64,000 nt of DNA from Macrostomum lignano (taxonomy: Eukaryota), in NCBI GenBank assembly GCA_002269645.1, contig NIVC01002018.1, positions 62,001 through 126,000 on the forward strand, read 5' to 3'. The position numbers were made by a program, and so were the translations under genes. The notes under the pieces are model-generated. The model was not told where the DNA came from and did no database searches. It was given only the letters and a program-made list of their open reading frames with translations. Of the stretch, positions 61,448 through 64,000 are shown piece by piece (position 1 is the first letter of the stretch; every line of letters begins with the position of its first letter).

Positions 61448-62548
61448 TCATTGATTTAATATTCTCCTAATCGTATTTACATAGTCCCACCTGACCCAGA
61501 TTGTGTCCCAGTCTCTGAAGTCTTCCGGATTGAGTCGCTTTAACGTGATCGGCGACATCAGTACAAAGAACCTGCTAGTAAAAAAGCTCACCAGGCGCCC
61601 ATAGTTTGGCGACATGGCCGCGCTGTCGTAGAAGTAGGAGCGCCGCCACTCCATCAGTACGACAACAACCTGTCGCTCGTCGATCAGCTTTGCGCTGCTT
61701 TCGAAGAAGTCGCGCTCTCTGGTCTCTAAGTGAATTTTCATCACAACGAACCGAGTCCTCAGGTGCGGAATGAGGTCGTCTCCGAGTCCGGTAGCCACTG
61801 GAACCGTGTCGCGAACGACTGCAGACTTCGGGCTGCCTGAGCCGTCTCGGGCTCCAACGAGCTTGCAGGACTCGGCGTCGTACTGCAGGTACCGGATGCC
61901 GACCCGGGTGTGGAAGAAGGCCCAGAAAAGCCGCAGCAGACCCGACCGAGCCCGCAGCTTCCTGGCTGACAGCCGCAGTCGGACCAGGTTTCGAATGTTC
62001 CAGTCCACCGCGACTGTCGCGATTCCGGCGTCCACCGCTTGCAGGCTGTACACGCCGATGTCGCTGCCGACGTCAAGGAAGGTGACCTCGGACTTGGACA
62101 GAGCCCGCATGATGTCGATGAGCCGCGACACCAGCTGGAGCTCCCAGGACTGCGACCGGAAACTCGTCCGAGAAACGAGGCCGCGACCTCGGTACTTGAA
62201 GATGGTTATGTTCCGGTCAGCGACTCTGCTCGTCAGGTGGTCCACAGCGGCCGCTCGTCTCACTTCGTGCTCGATGCTGAGCGGCAGTCTGTCAGGCAGC
62301 TGACACAGCGGGAACTTGCCGCCAATGATGGTGAAGGCCGTGATGTTCTGGCACAGTCGTCTTCTCATGCCGTCATGGAGAAAGTTGACGCTGCTGAGCT
62401 CGGAGAAGCCGGCACAGCGGGTTGCAGAAAGCGTGTCCGCTCGCAGGTGCAAAATAGCACAGTACAGCAGCAAGGCTAGAGACGCTGCTCCGATAAAGTT
62501 CAGAGTCTTTTTCTGATAACTGAGTCCGCATGTTCTACTGAGATTCAT
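61448..62548 (-). CDS. FkbM-like class I SAM methyltransferase, type II membrane protein, copy 2 (366 aa)
   Basis: Same core as copy 1; anchor FIGAASLALLLYCAIL; acceptor-like TTTTCTATTCTGTCAG 5 nt before the ATG. Confidence 0.8.
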   Translation of the reverse strand: MNLSRTCGLSYQKKTLNFIGAASLALLLYCAILHLRADTLSATRCAGFSELSSVNFLHDGMRRRLCQNITAFTIIGGKFPLCQLPDRLPLSIEHEVRRAAAVDHLTSRVADRNITIFKYRGRGLVSRTSFRSQSWELQLVSRLIDIMRALSKSEVTFLDVGSDIGVYSLQAVDAGIATVAVDWNIRNLVRLRLSARKLRARSGLLRLFWAFFHTRVGIRYLQYDAESCKLVGARDGSGSPKSAVVRDTVPVATGLGDDLIPHLRTRFVVMKIHLETRERDFFESSAKLIDERQVVVVLMEWRRSYFYDSAAMSPNYGRLVSFFTSRFFVLMSPITLKRLNPEDFRDWDTIWVRWDYVNTIRRILNQ

Positions 62549-63589
62549 TGTTTCTGACAGAATAGAAAACGATCAATCGCCCGGCAGCTCTCGTTACAAG
62601 CCTCCGAGACTACAGTGGAAAGAGATTATGCTAAATCCATGGTCTGAAACGCACGCACAGCCAAGTCAGTACCTCTCCTCGGGCTGCCATAAGCTTTCTA
62701 TATACCTCTGATTTATCATTGTGTGCTTTGCAGTCCGGCGGTCCCCTCAGTGTGAGCCGCTGTGCTCTGCCCCTCGTCCCAATTTCTCTTGCTTCTCTTG
62801 TTCCTCTGAGCCGGTCAGCTCGCCAGAGTGCAGCACCCCTCCCCTCTGGGTCTGCTTTAGCCAATACACACTGGCCTTGCTGATAATCGACCTTAAAATG
62901 GAATTGTTGACTTAGGAGGTATTGCTAAGCATTAATAATACGCCTTGAATTTGCTGTAGTGTACATACGTATTGAGCTACGAGTGTAGCCCGTACAGAAG
63001 TACGACCTAGCTATAGGTCTCGATAATTGCAGAGCTTGCCCTTTTTGAGCTTAATGAATTTGAAGGATGCAGGACATTTTCTTAGAATGCTCATCAAAAG
63101 AACGCATAGCGCTCTATGGGGTCCGGCCATAGACGAATTCGAGTTTACTGAGATAGCAAGATTTGGCATAGTATTCAATAGTGGGAAGACTTACTAAGCA
63201 TTTCAAGGCTAAGTTTGGTGCGGGAAAATGCACTTCGGGGAAAAAACTCGGGGTGTAGATTGGCCTGTACTCTCGCGCTTCCACTCGCCTTAAATTGCAA
63301 GTTCTGTGCCATTAATTACATGTATTCAAAGGGTCTCCGGTCAGACAATGAGAAATGATTGACATCAATCTCGTGCGTGTGGGTGTGAAGTGAATGGCTT
63401 TTGTAGTGCTCAGGGTGTAGTATACAGCTGTTTATTATATTAGTTGCTATTAAGAAATTGAGCAAATGCTATGTGGTTCTGTCAAAATTTTAGCCTGATA
63501 AGGTGGTGTTTGTTCCCTAGCTAGGGGGCCTTGGGCTTCAATCCGAAGGCTTCTACTCCAGATATTTTTGTCTAGAACTCCGTGGCTTG

Positions 63590-64000
63590 AGGTTTGATCA
63601 GGAATTCTTCTTTTTCTAGACCTTTTCCTAGAGCTCCGTGGCCTCTAATTCAGATAGTTTCCATTGCGGGATTTTTTCTAGAGCTCCATGGCGTGTGATT
63701 CAAAAGTTTACACTCCAGGCACTATATCTAGAACTCTGTGGCTTGTGATTCTAAAAAATGTCCACTCCAGACACTATATCTAGAACTCCGTGGCTTGTGA
63801 TTCTAGAAAGTTTCCACTCCAGACACTATATCTATAACTCCGTGGCTTGTGATTCTAGAAAGTTTCCACTCCAGACACTATATCTAGAACTCCGTGGCTT
63901 GTGATTCTAGAAAGTTTCCACTCCAGACACTATATTTAGATCTCCGTGGCTTGTGATTCTAGAAAGTTTCCACTCCAGGCACTATATCTAGAACTCCGTG
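63590..64000. repeat. 52-bp satellite running off the right edge
   Basis: Unit CTAGAACTCCGTGGCTTGTGATTCTAGAAAGTTTCCACTCCAGACACTATAT at 63728, 63780, 63832 and onward, with more diverged units to the left. Confidence 0.9.

Noticed and set aside
1-64000. Hammerhead ribozyme in satellites or SINEs
   Set aside because: The CTGATGA matches I saw fall in coding regions or lack the GAAA core and flanking stems. The by-eye search was not exhaustive.

Overview
Eukaryotic animal genomic DNA: spliceosomal introns, TTAGGG repeats and many minisatellites. The style suggests a flatworm such as Macrostomum, but this is inference only. Host genes: a 14-exon IQCA1/DRC11 gene (minus, runs off the left edge), a 2-exon RING-finger gene, two ~99%-identical FkbM-like type II membrane methyltransferases, and a 3-exon secreted-type protein with an ALK/LTK-like glycine-rich domain. 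The centre (15952-50034, ~34 kb) is a chain of same-orientation Helitron-family elements, mostly joined hairpin-CTAG|TC. The chain includes six ~342-bp mini-elements, several satellite-laden non-autonomous elements that share a tRNA-like module (two also carry telomeric repeats), and one apparently intact autonomous element (STPR-OTU-Rep-PIF1 helicase, 9 exons, 1717 aa). A complete hAT transposon (14-bp TIRs, 8-bp TSD) is nested in the autonomous element; its decayed reading frame appears to fuse a signal-peptide/lamin-tail-like module to the transposase. SINEs, MITEs, two Tc1/IS630 HTH-only elements and a LINE fragment are also present. All splicing, boundaries and family calls were made by eye, with no database searches.
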